NCBI GenBank assembly: GCA_038087875.1
Contig: CM075995.1
Location: forward strand, 372,001 to 436,000
Source of the DNA: Malacoraja senta
Lineage: Eukaryota
Length of the DNA: 64,000 bases
Reading direction: 5' to 3'
Of the stretch, positions 10,481 through 23,227 are shown in pieces (position 1 is the stretch's first letter; every line of letters starts with the position of its first letter). The position numbers and the translations under genes were made by a program. The notes below the pieces were generated by a model. It did no database searches. It was given only the letters and a program-made list of their open reading frames with translations, and was not told where the DNA came from.

Positions 10481-12187
10481 ATATATACAGATATGTTTAT
10501 ATCTATACATATATTATATATATATATACACACACACTCACACGTACACACAAAAAACAAACAATAATAATGCAATAATAACAATAATAGTCTATGTAGT
10601 TTGGAGCTTATTCGAGTTGTTTAATAGCTGAATGGCTGCAGGGGAATATGGGCCAAACATGGGCAAATGGGACTAGCTTAGAGAGGGTATTTTGATCAGC
10701 ATGAACAAGTTGATTCGAAGGATCTATTTCCGTGCTGTGTGAATCAATGACTAATAAGAATCCACGCTGATTGTGGGTCCCTATCCTCGGAAGAAATTAA
10801 GCAGGGACGAGCTTTGCGTCTAATGAATAGCTTTTGGGAGAACCATGACAGGCAGTTTACACAAGGAAAAGCCCCATTAAAGAGTAATGAATGGATGCCC
10901 GACTAATCTGTTTGGCCGAGGAGGAAATAATCAGCAAAATAATAGGCGAATTTCCTGCTTTTCTTTGCAATGTATCAAAAGGATTAGTTATATCCACTTG
11001 TACAACCAGTCGGAGCTCGGCATAATGTTTGACCCCAAAGGCGACAGTGCTGTAAATAGCCCCCAGTCAGGACTGTGTTCAAATGTCAGCCAAGATTACA
11101 CGGTCACATTCTGCAGCGAGCTGGAATTCGTAGCCCTCTGACACTACAAATCTGCCATCAGCCGAGACAATTTAAAAAAATCCACATGGCCAGACGCTCG
11201 CTGAATTGAAATTTTGTTTTCTATGGGGACGGCACAGTGGCGCAGCGGTCGAGTTGCTGCCTCACAGTGCCAGAGACGCGGCAAGGTGGCGCAGCAGTAG
11301 AGTTGCTGCCCAAGAGCGCTTACAGCGCCAGAGACCCGGGTTCGATCCCGACGACGGGTGCTTGTCTGTACGGAGATCGTACGTTCCCTCCCCCGTGGCC
11401 TGCGTGGGTTTTCTCCGAGGTCTTCGGTTTCCTCCCACACTCCAAAGACGTACAGGTTAATTGGCTTGATATAAATGTAAACTGTGCCCAGCAAGTGCAG
11501 GATAGTGTTAATGTGGGGGGGGGGGGGGTCACGGTTGGCGCGGACTCGGTGGGCCTGATTCCGCGCAGTATCTCTAAACCCGGGATCGAATCAGGGTGTC
11601 AAAGGTTACGGGGTGAAGGCAAGAGACTGTGGTTGTGAGGGATAGATAGATCGGCTATGAATGAATAGTGGAGTAGACTCGAGGGGACAAATGGCTTAAT
11701 TCAGCTTCTTTGACTTATAAACTGATCTTGGGTGCTGTCCGTATGGAGTTTACACAGTGGTGTGGGGGCGGCATTGTGGTGAGGCGGGAGAGTTGCTGTC
11801 TTAAAGCGCCAGAGACCTGGGTTTCATCCTAACTACAGGTACTGTCTCTATGGAGTTTGCATGTTCTCCCCGTGACCTGCGTGGGTTTACTCTGGGTGCT
11901 CCGGTTTCCTCCCGCATTCCAAAGACGTGCAGGTTTGCAGGTTAATTGGGATCACTAAAAATTGCCCCGAGTGTGTGTAGGATAAAACTAGTGTACGGGG
12001 TGATCGCTGGTCGGCGCGGACTCGGTGTGCCGAAGGGACGGTGTCTCTCTAAACTAAGCATCGGTTTAAAAATGTACATACTGACTGTTTTTGAGGGCAC
12101 CCGCCATTTACTGGGAATCGCACAGTTTTCAGTGGAAAGTTAGCCTTTATTTGTACTCAAGTTAGATTGTTAACCGATGAACCTCAC

Positions 12188-12300
12188 TTGTTGATATTAC
12201 TGCCCTCCTTCAGCCGTTCTCCTGCAGCTCCTGTCTTTGACACTCTCTCACTCCCAGCCAGATCCACCAGGCTCAGCTTGCTCACTTTCTCACCAGAAGT
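12188..12300 (-). CDS. KIF13A: KIF13 exon (113 bp): [37 protein letters not shown](K) (switch II)
   Basis: Translated by hand. ttttcag|ACTTCT...AACAA|gtgagg, phase 0-2. Contains the DLAGSE motif; ERVSKT favours KIF13A. Confidence 0.95.
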
Positions 12301-12372
12301 CTGAAAAGGAAGGACAAACAGTCTGCATTAAACCTGCCACAAATGCTAACAGGAAATAATGAACAGGGTGGC

Positions 12373-13000
12373 AATAGACAATAAACAATAGGTGCAGGAA
12401 TAGGCCATTTGGCCCTTCGAGCCAGCACCGCCATTCAATGTGATCATGGCTGATCATCCCCAATCAGTACCCCGTTCCTGCCTTCTCCCCATATCCCCTG
12501 ACTCCGCTATCTCTAAGAGCCCTATCTAGCTCTCTCTTGAAAGTATCCAGAGAACCGACCTCCACCGCCCTCTGAGGCAGAGAATTCCACAAACTCACAA
12601 CTCTCTGCGTGAAAGTGTTTTTCCTCATCTCCGTTCTAAATGGCTTACCCCTTATTCTTAAACTGTGGCCCCTGGTTCTGGACTCCCCCAACATCGGGAA
12701 CATGTTTCCTGCCTCTAGCGTGTCCAAACACTTTATAATCTTATATGTTTCAATAAGATTCCCTCTCATCCTTCTAAACTCCAGAGTGTACAAGCCCAGC
12801 TGCTCCATTCTCTCAGCATATGACAGTCCCGCCATCCCGGGAATTAACCTTGTAAACCTACGCTGCACTCCCTCAATAGCAAGAATGTCCTTCCTCAAAT
12901 TAGGGGACCAAAACTGCAAACAATACTCCAGGTGTGGTCTCACTAGGGCCCTGTACAACTGCAGAAGGACCTCTTTGCTCCCATACTCAACTCTTCTTGT
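12373..13000 (-). mobile_element. CR1/HER1-like LINE 3' fragment (young, open frame)
   Basis: ORF 12464-12958 YRALVRPHLEYC...[10 protein letters not shown]. Confidence 0.92.
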
Positions 13001-13285
13001 TGTGTACGGATAAGGGATAAGGGATACAACATTAAAAATAGTTTGTGGGTCTCCAATGAGGTAGATGAATTAGATGGGAGGTCAGGACTGCACTCTCGCT
13101 GGTGAGAGTTGCCTGACAACAGCTGGGAAGAAACTGTCCCTGAATCTGTAGATGTGCGTTTTCACACTTCTATACCTCTTGCGTGATGGGAGACGGGAGA
13201 AGAGGGAGTGGCCGAGATGACTCTATTCAAGCAGTCATACCATTCTACGCCATTCCTCGACTGATAGGTAATGGTACAAACTTAC

Positions 13286-13420
13286 ACTACTTTGTGGATC
13301 GTACAGGGTCTGAGTTAAGATGATGTTGAAGACACCATGAGAACGGCTACTTTCTTCATTCATGTTGGTGGCGGCAACGGTTCTTGATTTGTTTCCTTCT
13401 GACATCAAGGATTCAATATC
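13286..13420 (-). CDS. KIF13A: KIF13 exon (135 bp): [45 protein letters not shown] (switch I)
   Basis: ttttgcag|GATATT...AGTAGT|gtaagt, phase 0-0. Contains the NxxSSRSH switch I motif. Confidence 0.95.
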
Positions 13421-13654
13421 CTGCAAAATATCGTCGATAAAATGTAATGATTATACAGAACATAGAACAGCACAGCACAAGAACAGGCCCTTCAGCCCAC
13501 AATGTCTGTGCTGAACACGATGCCAAGACCAACTCTTATCTGCCCGCACATAATACGATACGATAGAAATGTATTTATCCCAGGAGGGAAATTGATCCGC
13601 CAACAGTCTTAAAACACGTGAAACATGTAATTAAAGTGACGAGTGGAAAGGATT

Positions 13655-14403
13655 GAATTGAATTGAATACATTTTATTACCAAGTACATACAAGGAATTT
13701 GCCTTGGTGCTTTGCTCGCAAGTAACAACACGATATACAGTAGACAATTAGGAATAAAACATTATAATTTAAACGTGTGAAGAATGAAATAAAATACCAG
13801 ATCAAAGGGAGGCTACAGAATTTTGGTTATTGAGTAGAGCTACTACTCGTGGAAAAAAGCTGTTTTTATGTCTGGCTGTGGCAGCTTTGACAGCCCGGAG
13901 TCGCCTTCCAGAGGGAAGTGATTCAAAGAGTTTGTGGCCAGGGTGAGAGGGGTCAGAGATGATCTTGCCCGCTCGCTTTCTGGCCCTTGCAGTGTACAGT
14001 TCATCAATGGAGGGAAGGTTGCAGCCAACTGGTGCACAGACAGCCAACTACCTTCTCAGCTGATCGAACGATGCGCTGCAGCCTCCGGATGTCGTGCTTG
14101 GTGGCTGAGCCAAACCAGACCATGATGGAGAAGGTGAGGACAGACTCTACGATGGCCGTGTAGAATTGGACCATCATTGCCTGTGGCAGATTGTGCTTCC
14201 TCAGCTGCCGCAGGAAGTACATCCTCTGTTGGGCCTTTTTGACTGTGGAGTCAATGGTGGCTTCCCATTTAAGGTCCCTGGAGATGATGGTTCCAAGGAA
14301 CTTAATTGACTCCACAGATGTGACTGTGGTGTTGTTGATGGTGAGTGGGGGGGAGCTGTCCTAAAGTCTACAATCAATTCCACTGTCTTAAGAGCATTGT
14401 GCT
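13655..14403 (-). mobile_element. Rex1/Babar-like LINE 3' fragment
   Basis: KFLGTII..DLKW, KKAQQRMYFLRQL, PSGRRL, RHKNSFFP peptides. Confidence 0.8.
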
Positions 14404-14499
14404 TGGGGATGCGCAAATAATGGGGAGGGGGTGTGGGGGTGTGGGGGGGGGGAAAGTCTGTCTACCCAACGACAGAAGGGAGAGGAGTTGTACAGTTTG

Positions 14500-14725
14500 A
14501 TCATCGACGGTCACTCGAAACGAGTATGACTGTCCTCCTATATGGAGGCCGCCTGTGCGTGACTTTATTTAACTTGGGGAGACTGATGCACAGACAGCTA
14601 CCCCATGGTCCTTGACAGATCTGGGTCAGGATCCAGTGGCATGGAGTCCAAGACGACCGGAGACCCTTTTCTGCTGCAGCCTTCATCTGCCTTCACAGCC
14701 GTTGTGACGCTCCACTAAGCTCTCC
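14500..14725 (-). mobile_element. RTE-derived short element, partial
   Basis: Reverse complement of 53060-53250. Confidence 0.65.
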
Positions 14726-15019
14726 TAGATGGACTGCCTTCCCAGGCCCACGAGCCCCATCTGCCCAAGACTCATGGGGGCGGGAGCGTGTACCTTCCCG
14801 TGCAGGTCTATAGCACCTGCCCACTGTCCAGAGTGCCCTGAATCAATAGTACACAAAACACTACACATACAACAACTACAATTAGAGATTGCACTTGGGA
14901 CACTAACCAGACGACCTCAAAATCGATGGAGGAAAGAAACTAATGTTATCATTTGCTGATGCACTCTGAGTTGGTTCCATAGAACAGTCCAGCACAAGGA
15001 CAGACCCTTTGATCCACAA

Positions 15020-16145
15020 AGCAGTTGACAAGGTTCCGCTTGGTAGGCTGCTCTGGAAGGTTAGATCGCATGGGATCCAAGGAGAGATAGCTGAATGGAT
15101 AGAAAATTGCCTTCATGGAAGGAAGCAGATGATGGAAGGTTGCTTCTCGGACCGGAGGCCTGTGACTAGTGATGTGCCTCAGGGTTCGGTGCTGGGCCCG
15201 TTACTGTTTGTCATTTATATCAATTATTTGAATGAAAACATACACAGTAAGAATAGCAAGTTTGCTGATGATACAAAAGTGGGTGGTTTTGCAGATAGTG
15301 AAGATGGTTGTGAAAAATTGCAGCAGGATCTGGATCGATTGGCCAGGTGGACGGAGGAATGGTTGATGGAAATTAATACAGAGAAATATGAGGTGTTGCA
15401 TTTTGGGACGTCGAACAAGGGCAGGACCTACACAGTGAATGGTTGGCCTCTGGGGAGTGTTGTAGAGCAGAGGGATCTAGGAGTGCATGTGCATGATTCC
15501 TTGAAGGTCGAGTCGCAGGTAGATAGGGTGGTCAAAAAAGCATTTGGCACATTGTTCTTCATCAGTCAGAGTATTGAGTAAAGAAGTTGGGAGGTCACGT
15601 TGCAGTTGTATAAGACGTTGGTGAGGCCGCATTTAGAGTATTGTATTCAGCTCTGTCTTGATGTTATTGAAAAGATGGTGTCAAGTTGGAAAGGGTACAG
15701 AGAAGATTTACAAGGATGTTGCCAAGGCTAGAGGGTTTGAACTATAGGGAGAAGTTGACTAGGCTGGGTCTCTATTCCGTGGAGTGCAGGAGGATGAGGG
15801 GAGATCTTATTGAGGTGTGTAAAATCATGAGAGGAATAGATCGTGTCAATGCACAGATTCTCTTGCCAAGAGTAGGCGAATCGAGGACCAGAGGACATAG
15901 GTTTAAGGTGAAGGGGAAAATATTTAATAGAAATCTGAGGCATAACTGAGGAACAAGCTGCCAGAGGAGGTAGTTGAGGCAAGGACTATTGCAATGTTTA
16001 CGAAACATTAAGACAAGTACATGGATAGGACAGGTTTAGAGGGATGTGGACCAAACCCAGGCAGGTGGGACTAGTGTTGATGGGATGTGATGGTTGATGT
16101 GGGCAAGTTGGGCCGAAGGGCCTGTTGGTACACTGTTTGACTCCA
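15020..16145 (+). mobile_element. CR1/HER1-like LINE RT fragment
   Basis: VPQGSVLGPLLFVIYIN, SKFADDTK. Confidence 0.9.
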
Positions 16146-16712
16146 ATATGCAGTCATAAATTTATATTATCTTCAAATAGTGAGCCTTAGTGGAATTAAC
16201 AGCTTCTAACATATCAAAAGTTCAATGCAAGATTAAGAAGGTCAAATGAGAAGAACAATTAATTTACCTTACATTAATTAAATGACATGTCATAAGGAAT
16301 AGTAGAATTAGGCCATTCAGCCCATCAAGTCTACTGCACCATTCAATCATGGCTGATCTATCTCTCCCTCCTAACCCTATTCTCCTGCCTTCTCCCCATA
16401 ACCTCTGGCACCCGTACTAATCAAGAATCTATCTATCTCTGCCTTAAAAATATTCACTGACCTTGCCTCCACAGCCTTCTGTGGCAGAAGTCCACAGATT
16501 CACCACCTTCTATCTAAATATTCACCACCCTCTGACATTAATCCATGCCTGGTAAGAAGCCTGTAGAAATTCACCGTGAAACAAATTACACGCATGTGCA
16601 AGCATTTCTAAACCAAGCCTAATGTCTTGGCACAACTTGGTTTGATAACTACCTGTATCGCAAGTTCAAATATTGGCTGCAAATCTACCAAGTACTAATC
16701 CAAGGAACCTAA

Positions 16713-17102
16713 AGCCCCTGTCCCACTTAGGAGACCTAAACAGCAACCTCTGGTGACCTTGCCTGCCACCCAAAAAAAAATCAAGGTCGAGGTGACCTGC
16801 AACCTCCTACCACCTTCCATGCATATGTTGAAAACCTTCCTCGACTATGAAGAAAACCGGCTTTGACTAGACCTGCGACTAAAAATGATCGATTTTTAAA
16901 ACGGCAACCTATTTTTAGTCGAAGCCGGTTTTAATCATGATGGAAAAAATAGCAGCAACCTAGATGAAGCCTCGACCACGCGGAAACCACTTTCAACCAT
17001 TAGGGAGAGTGACCAAAATCTCCGGTGACCTCATGGAAACCTTGGGTGGCGGGCAAGGTCACCAGAGGTTGCTGTTTAGGTCTCCTAAGTGGGACAGGGG
17101 CT
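16713..17102. mobile_element. Harbinger/PIF-like MITE with about 60-bp terminal inverted repeats (TIRs)
   Basis: AGCCCCTGTCCCACTTAGGAGACCTAAACAGCAACCTCTGGTGACCTTGCC... and its inverse; flanks TAA/TGA. Confidence 0.85.
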
Positions 17103-17814
17103 TGAGATGCTCAACTTTCCAACCCAACTCAAACACACACGGTGGCTCAGCGGTAGATTTGCTGCCTTACAGCACTTGCAGCGCCAGAGACCTGGGTTCG
17201 ATCCCCACTACGGGTGCTTGTCTGTACAGAGTTTGTACGTTCTCCCCGTGGCTGCGTGGGTTTTCGCCGAGATCTTCGGTTTCATCCCACATTCCAAAGA
17301 CGTACAGGTTTGTAGGTTAATTGGCTTGGTGTAAATGTAAATTGTCCCTCGTGTGTGTAAGATAGTGTTAATGTGCGGGGATCGCTGGTCGGCGCGGACC
17401 CGATGGGCCAAAGGGCCTGTAACCGCGCTGTATCTCTAAACTAAACTAAACTCACAGCTGACACTTCATAAGCGACACGAACTAAAGGTTAAGAATTTTT
17501 ATTTTTCTTAAAAATTATGCACAAGGCAACAATTCTAGAAAGGTGCGGTCCGCTTCATGCTGTGGAGCTATGTTTTGTTTTGGGATACAGCATGGAAACA
17601 GGCCCTTCGGCCCACCTAGTTCATGGTGCCCCTTATCACCTATTCATACTAGTTCTACGTTATTTCCATTTTCTAATCCACTCCCTACACACTAGGGGTA
17701 TATATTTTTTACAAGAGGCCTATTAACCTACAAACATGCACAGCTTTGGGATGTGGTAGGAAACCGGAACATCATGTTGGCATTGATCAGCATACAGGAT
17801 AACCTTCTAGTTAT

Positions 17815-18380
17815 AGTCATAGTCATAGAGCATGGATACAGACCCTTCAGCTCAATTAGCCCTTGCCGACCAAGATGGCCCATCTGAGCTACTCCCATTG
17901 ACCTGCATTAGGTGCATATCCCTTTGAACGTTCTTTTTTATCCGTGTACCTTTCTGAGTGTCTTTTAAATGTTGTTATAGAACCTGCACCATTTGCGTGA
18001 AAAAGTTGCCCCTCATGTCCCTATTAACTCTTTCTCCTCTCACCTTAAACCTATGCCCTCTAATTCTTGATTTCCCAACACTGGGTAAATGACTCCGTGC
18101 ACTCACCCCTATCTGTTTCCCTTACGATCTTATTCACCTCCATAAGATCAACCCTCAGCCCCCGGCGCTCCAAGAAATAAAGTCCTAGCTTGGCCGACCT
18201 GTTCTCATAGTTCAGTTCCTCGATTCCTGACAACATCCTCGTCAATCTTCTCTGCACTCTTTCCAGCTTAATGACATCCTTCCCACAGCAGGGTGATCGA
18301 AACTGAACACAAACTCAAATTGTGGTCTCACCATCACCTTGTACAACTGGAACATACCTTCCCAGCTCCTATAATCAATA
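17815..18380 (-). mobile_element. CR1-like LINE 3' fragment
   Basis: QRRLTRML...LGLYFLERRGLRVDL peptide. Confidence 0.8.
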
Positions 18381-18734
18381 CCTCGTTGTGCAGAACCAGG
18401 TTTTATAGTAAAAAGCAAAGGATATATTTTTTTAAATAAAAGTCATAAAACAAATTTTAGGGCGCGGCAAGGTGGCACAGCGGGTACAGTGGCAGGGTTC
18501 AATCCTGTCTACGGGTGCTGTCTGTCTGGAGTTTGTAAGTTCTCCCCACGACCTGCGTGGGTTTTCTCCAGGTACTCCGATTTCCTCCCACACTCCAAAG
18601 ACGTACAGGTCTATAGATAAATTGGCTTTGGTAAAAATTTTAATTGTCCCTAGTGTGTGTTGGATAATGTTAGTATGCGGGGATTAATGTTTGGCGCGGA
18701 CTCCAAGGGCCTGTTCCACGCTGTATCTCTAGAG

Positions 18735-20845
18735 TCTTAGAGTGATACAGTGGGGAAACAGGTCCTTCGGCCCAACTTGCCCATACTGGCCAACATGTCC
18801 CAGCTACACTAGCCCCACCTGCCCGCACTTGGTCCATATCCCTCCAAACCTGTCCTATCCATGTACCTGTCCAACTGTTTCTTAAATGTTGGGATAGTCC
18901 CTGCCTCAACTACCTCATCTGGGAGCTTGTTCAATACATCCAACACCCTTTGTGTGAAGAAGTTACCCCTCAGATTCCTGTTAAATCTTTTCCACTTCAC
19001 TTTAAACCTATTTTCTCTGGTTCTTAATCCATCCACTCTGAGCGAGAGACTCTGTGCATCGCCCCAATCTATTCCTAATCTGAGGAAAGACATTCTTGCC
19101 ATAGACGGAGTACAGAGAAGGTTTATCAGACTGATTCCTGGGATGTCAGGACTTTCATATGAAGAAAGACTGGATAGACTCGGATTGTACTCGCTAGAAT
19201 TTAGAAGATTAAGGGGGGATCTTATAGAAACGTACAAAATTCTTAAGGGGTTGGACAGGCTAGATGCAGGAAGATTGTTCCCGATGTTGGAGAACAAGGG
19301 GTCACAGTTTAAGGATAAGGGGGGAGTCTTTTAGGACCGAGATAATAACTTTTTTTTCACACAGAGAGTGGTGAATCTGTGGAATTCTCTGCCACAGAAA
19401 GTAGTTGAGTCCAGTTCATTGGCTATATTTAAGAGGGAGTTGGATGTGGCCCTTGTGGCTAAAGGGATCAGGGGGTATGGAGAGAAGGCAGGTACAGGAT
19501 ACCGAGTTGGATGATCAGCCATGATCATATTGAATGGCGGTGCAGGCTCGAAGGGCCGAATGGCCTACTCCTGCACCTATTTTCTATGTTTCTATGTTTC
19601 TATTCCTCTCATGGTCTTATACACCTCTATAAGATCACCCAAGGAATAGAGTCCCAGCCTACTCAACCTCTCCCTATAGCTCAGACCTTCTAGTCCTGGC
19701 AACATCCACGTAAATCTCTGCGCCCTATCCTGCTTGACGGCATCTTTCCTATAACACGGTGCCCAGAATTGAACACAATACTCTAAATGTGGCCTCACCA
19801 ACGTCTTATACAACTGCAACAAGACCTCCCAACTTTTATAGTCAATACTCTAACTGATGAAGGCCAATGTGACAAAAGTGTTTATGACCACCCGATCTAC
19901 CTGCGACTCCACCTTCAAGGAACTAAGTACCTGCAATCCTAGATCCCTCTGCTCTACAACACTACCCAGAGCCCTACCATTCACTGTGTAGGTCCTGCCT
20001 ATGTTAAGCTTCCCAAAATGCAACACCTAACATTTCTCTACATTAAACTCCATCAACCATTCCTCAGCCCACCTGCCTAAACGATCAAGATCTTGCTGCA
20101 ATTTTTTACAATCATCTTCACTATCTGCAAGACCACCCAATTTTATATCATCTGCAAACTTGCTAATCTTGCAGCACCTAGACTATGGAACAGTATCCCT
20201 CTTCCCATCAGAACTACCCCCTCCATCAACTCTTTTAAGTCTAGACTTAAAACTTATTTCTACTCTCAAGCCTTTCTTGATGTCCTCTGAGGGAGCGCTG
20301 TATGCATGTATTTATGTATGTATTGTTGAGCTATGTACCACTGTTTGTGGCAAGTTAGTACCTGCACTAATGTAAAGCACTTTGGTCAACGAGAGTTGTT
20401 TTTAAATGTGCTATAGAAATAAAATTGACTTGACTTGACTTGACTAATCTTGCAGTGTATTCTCCCATCTAAATTATTATTGATTATAGATGACTAACAG
20501 CAATGAACCCTGAGGCACACTATTACTCACAGGCCTCCAGTCCGAGAAGCAACCTTCCACCATCACCCTCTACTTCCTTCCATGAAGCCAATTTTCTATC
20601 CATTCAGCTATCTCTCCTTGCATCCCATGCGATCTAACCTTCCAGAGCAGCCTACCATGCGGAACCTTGCCGAATGCTTTGGTGAAGTCCATGTATACAA
20701 CAATTACAGCTCTGCCCTCATCAACCTTTTTGGTCACGTCTTTAAAAAATTCAATGGGATTTATAAGACACGACCTCCCCACGTACAAACCCATACTGAC
20801 TATCCCTAATCTGCCTCAGTGCCTGTATATCCTATCACTCAGAAT
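18735..20845 (-). mobile_element. CR1/HER1-like LINE fragment interrupted by a plus-strand CR1 3' piece (about 19072-19600) and an L2 piece
   Basis: RSCLINPIEFF..VYMDF.KAF.KVPH, LYKTLVRPHLEYCVQFW and FNRNLRGNFFTQRV peptides. Confidence 0.85.
20175..20443 (+). mobile_element. L2-like LINE 3' end with 12-bp TSD
   Basis: APRLWNSIP..IR....FKSRLKTY, (GACTT)n tail, CTAATCTTGCAG at 20163-20174 and 20444-20455. Confidence 0.85.
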
Positions 20846-20964
20846 ACTCTCTAGTAACTTTACTAAACTAAAATGGGACCATGTATCACCACTAGTACTT
20901 GTAGCTGGTTGTTTTCTTGGAAGTGCTGTCACTGTTTCAATGTAAACACAAATTCTTAAATATT

Positions 20965-21785
20965 CAGAAAGACACAAAAAGCTGGAGTAACTGAGCGGGA
21001 CAGGCAGCATCTCTGGAGAGAAGGAATGGGTGATGTTTCGGGTCGAGACCCTCCTTCAGACAAGTTAGGGATAAGGGAAATGAGAGATATAGACCAAAGA
21101 TCCTATAGCGAGCAAGATAGATCACTCGACGAAAAAGACGTAGTACGGTCATGGGCAGATTCATGGGTAATTTTCAACCCCATTTCCGTAACTGGCTTCC
21201 GTCTCCGCACCAAAGATCCCATCACAGCGGAGCAAAGATAACTAGTGCGGAGACGGAAGCCGGTTACGGAAACATCCTCATAAAAATAAAAGTTCTTTGG
21301 TAAAAATCTTCTCCTCATTTTCAGAATTATAATTTATTAACACAAACTGTTCCCCCGCAACGTTGATTACACTGCGGGTCGGGTCGGGTCGGGTTACTGA
21401 AATGGATGAAAAAAAGGCCCACGTTCCGCTCCGCTGCGTACTACACGTCAGCCCATTGCATTTAGCAGGAGTGGTCTATCTATAGGATCTTTGATATAGA
21501 TGATGTAGAGAGATAAAGAACAATGAATTAAAGATATGCAAAAAAGTAACGATGATAAAGGAGACAGGCCGTTGTTAGCTGTTTGTTGGGTGAAAATGAG
21601 AAGCTGGTGCGACTTTAGTGGGGGAGGGATGGAGAGAGAGGGAATGCAGGGGTTACCTGAAGTTGGAGAAATCAATATTCATACCACTGGGCTGTAAGGA
21701 GCCCAAGCGAAATATGAGATGCTGTTCCACCAATTTGCGTTTAGCCTCACTCTGACAATGGAGGAGATCTAGGACAGAAAGGACC
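20965..21785 (-). mobile_element. Penelope-like 3' fragment, split by the element at 21095-21493
   Basis: GIY-YIG C-terminal similarity at 21660-21780 and pLTR at 20965-21060. Confidence 0.75.
21095..21493. mobile_element. hAT-like non-autonomous DNA transposon (14-bp TIR, 8-bp TSD)
   Basis: CAAAGATCCTATAG...CTATAGGATCTTTG. TSD ATATAGAC/ATATAGAT. Internal inverted repeat of about 29 bp at 21184-21271. Confidence 0.82.
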
Positions 21786-21824
21786 TATTCATGCTGGTCG
21801 TGTAGATTGAATCCAAGCACTCAC

Positions 21825-21911
21825 TTCAAACACGTTACAGCCAACTGCGACAGGCCGTCCACATACGGTCCCAACACTTTATGCTCTCGAACCTTCAGCG
21901 AGTGCCGGCTC
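21825..21911 (-). CDS. KIF13A: KIF13 exon (87 bp as assembled; 88 bp needed for frame): SRHSLKVREHKVLGPYVDGLSQLAVTC(FE)
   Basis: Translated by hand. ttctcag|GAGCCGG...ACGTGTTTGAA|gtgagt. VREHKVLGPYVDGLSQLAV is KIF13A-like. One T appears to be missing near the 3' end. Confidence 0.9.
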
Positions 21912-23166
21912 CTGAGAAGAGAAATGATTTTAAATTATTTACGTTTTAAATAAATATAAACTCCGAAAAGGTTAAAAAAAATCATCTGCGCTTAAAGGAG
22001 AAATTTTATTTTTGACCGATTCAGCAAGTCTAGATCCAGATTGTAGAAGTGAAGCAAATGTTGTAGCTGAGCAGAACATGTAGTACAGACATCGTATGAT
22101 CAAGCAAAGTGAATCGTTGGGATTGTTAGTCAGCTACCTATGGAGTTTGAGTTGAGTTTCGTTATTGTCGCATGGACCAAGGTACTGTGAAATTTTATTC
22201 ACCACCCTCTGACTAAAGAAATTTCTCCTCATCTCCGTCCGAAAAGAACGTCCTGTAATTCTGATTTTGTTGGGTGTTAACCCAGTCAGCGGAAAGACAA
22301 TACATGATTATAATCGATCCATTTACAGTGTACAGATACATAAGTGAATAACGTTTAGTGCAAGGTAAAGCCAGTAAAGTCTGATCAAAGGCAGTCCGAT
22401 GGTCACCAATGAGGTAGATAGTAGTCCGGGACTGCTCTCTAGTTGTGGTAAGATGATACTTGCGTACAGCTTGATTGTAGTCATGTACAGTATGATTTGA
22501 CTAGATAGCATGCACCGTTTTTCACCGTATCTCAGTACATGTGACAATAATAGACGAATACCAATATTTGCTTACATTTAGTGAACTTTGCTTCCAGACA
22601 GTTGCTGAAGAAACAAGGTGACACTAAAGTGGATGGTATCGCAGAGGATGCTAAAGTGGGCGATATTGTAGATAGTGAAGATGGTTATCAAAAATTACCG
22701 CGCGCTCTTTATCGGCTGAGCAAGTGGGCTGAGGAATGCCAGAGGAGTTTAATGCAGATTAGACTTTAGAGATACAGCGCAGAAAACAGGCCCTTCGGTC
22801 CACCGTGTCCGGGCCGATCAACGGACACCCAGTGCACTAGCACTATCCTACACACTAGGGACAATTTACATTTTTTTCCGAAGCCAATTGACCTGCAAAC
22901 CTGAACGTTTTTTTTGAAGTGAGGGAGGAAACCAGACGGGGCACCTGGAGAAAATCTCACGCGGTCAAAGGAGAAGGGACAAACTCCATACACACAGTGC
23001 CCGTAGTCATGATTGAACCCGGTCTCTGGCAGAACAACTCTGCCGCTGAGCCACCGTGCCGTCCCAAAGTGTGAGAGGTTGCATTTTGGGAAGTCAAACC
23101 AGGGCAGGACCTTCACAATGAATGATCGGGCCCCGAGGAGATGTAGAACAGAGGGAACTTGGACTA

Positions 23167-23227
<61 letters not shown>

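Noticed and set aside
13325..13350. SRSHGVF instead of the usual SRSHAVF, plus VSFMEIY instead of VSYMEIY in the 51893-52073 exon
   Set aside because: Conservative substitutions outside the invariant residues; not evidence of pseudogenisation or novelty.
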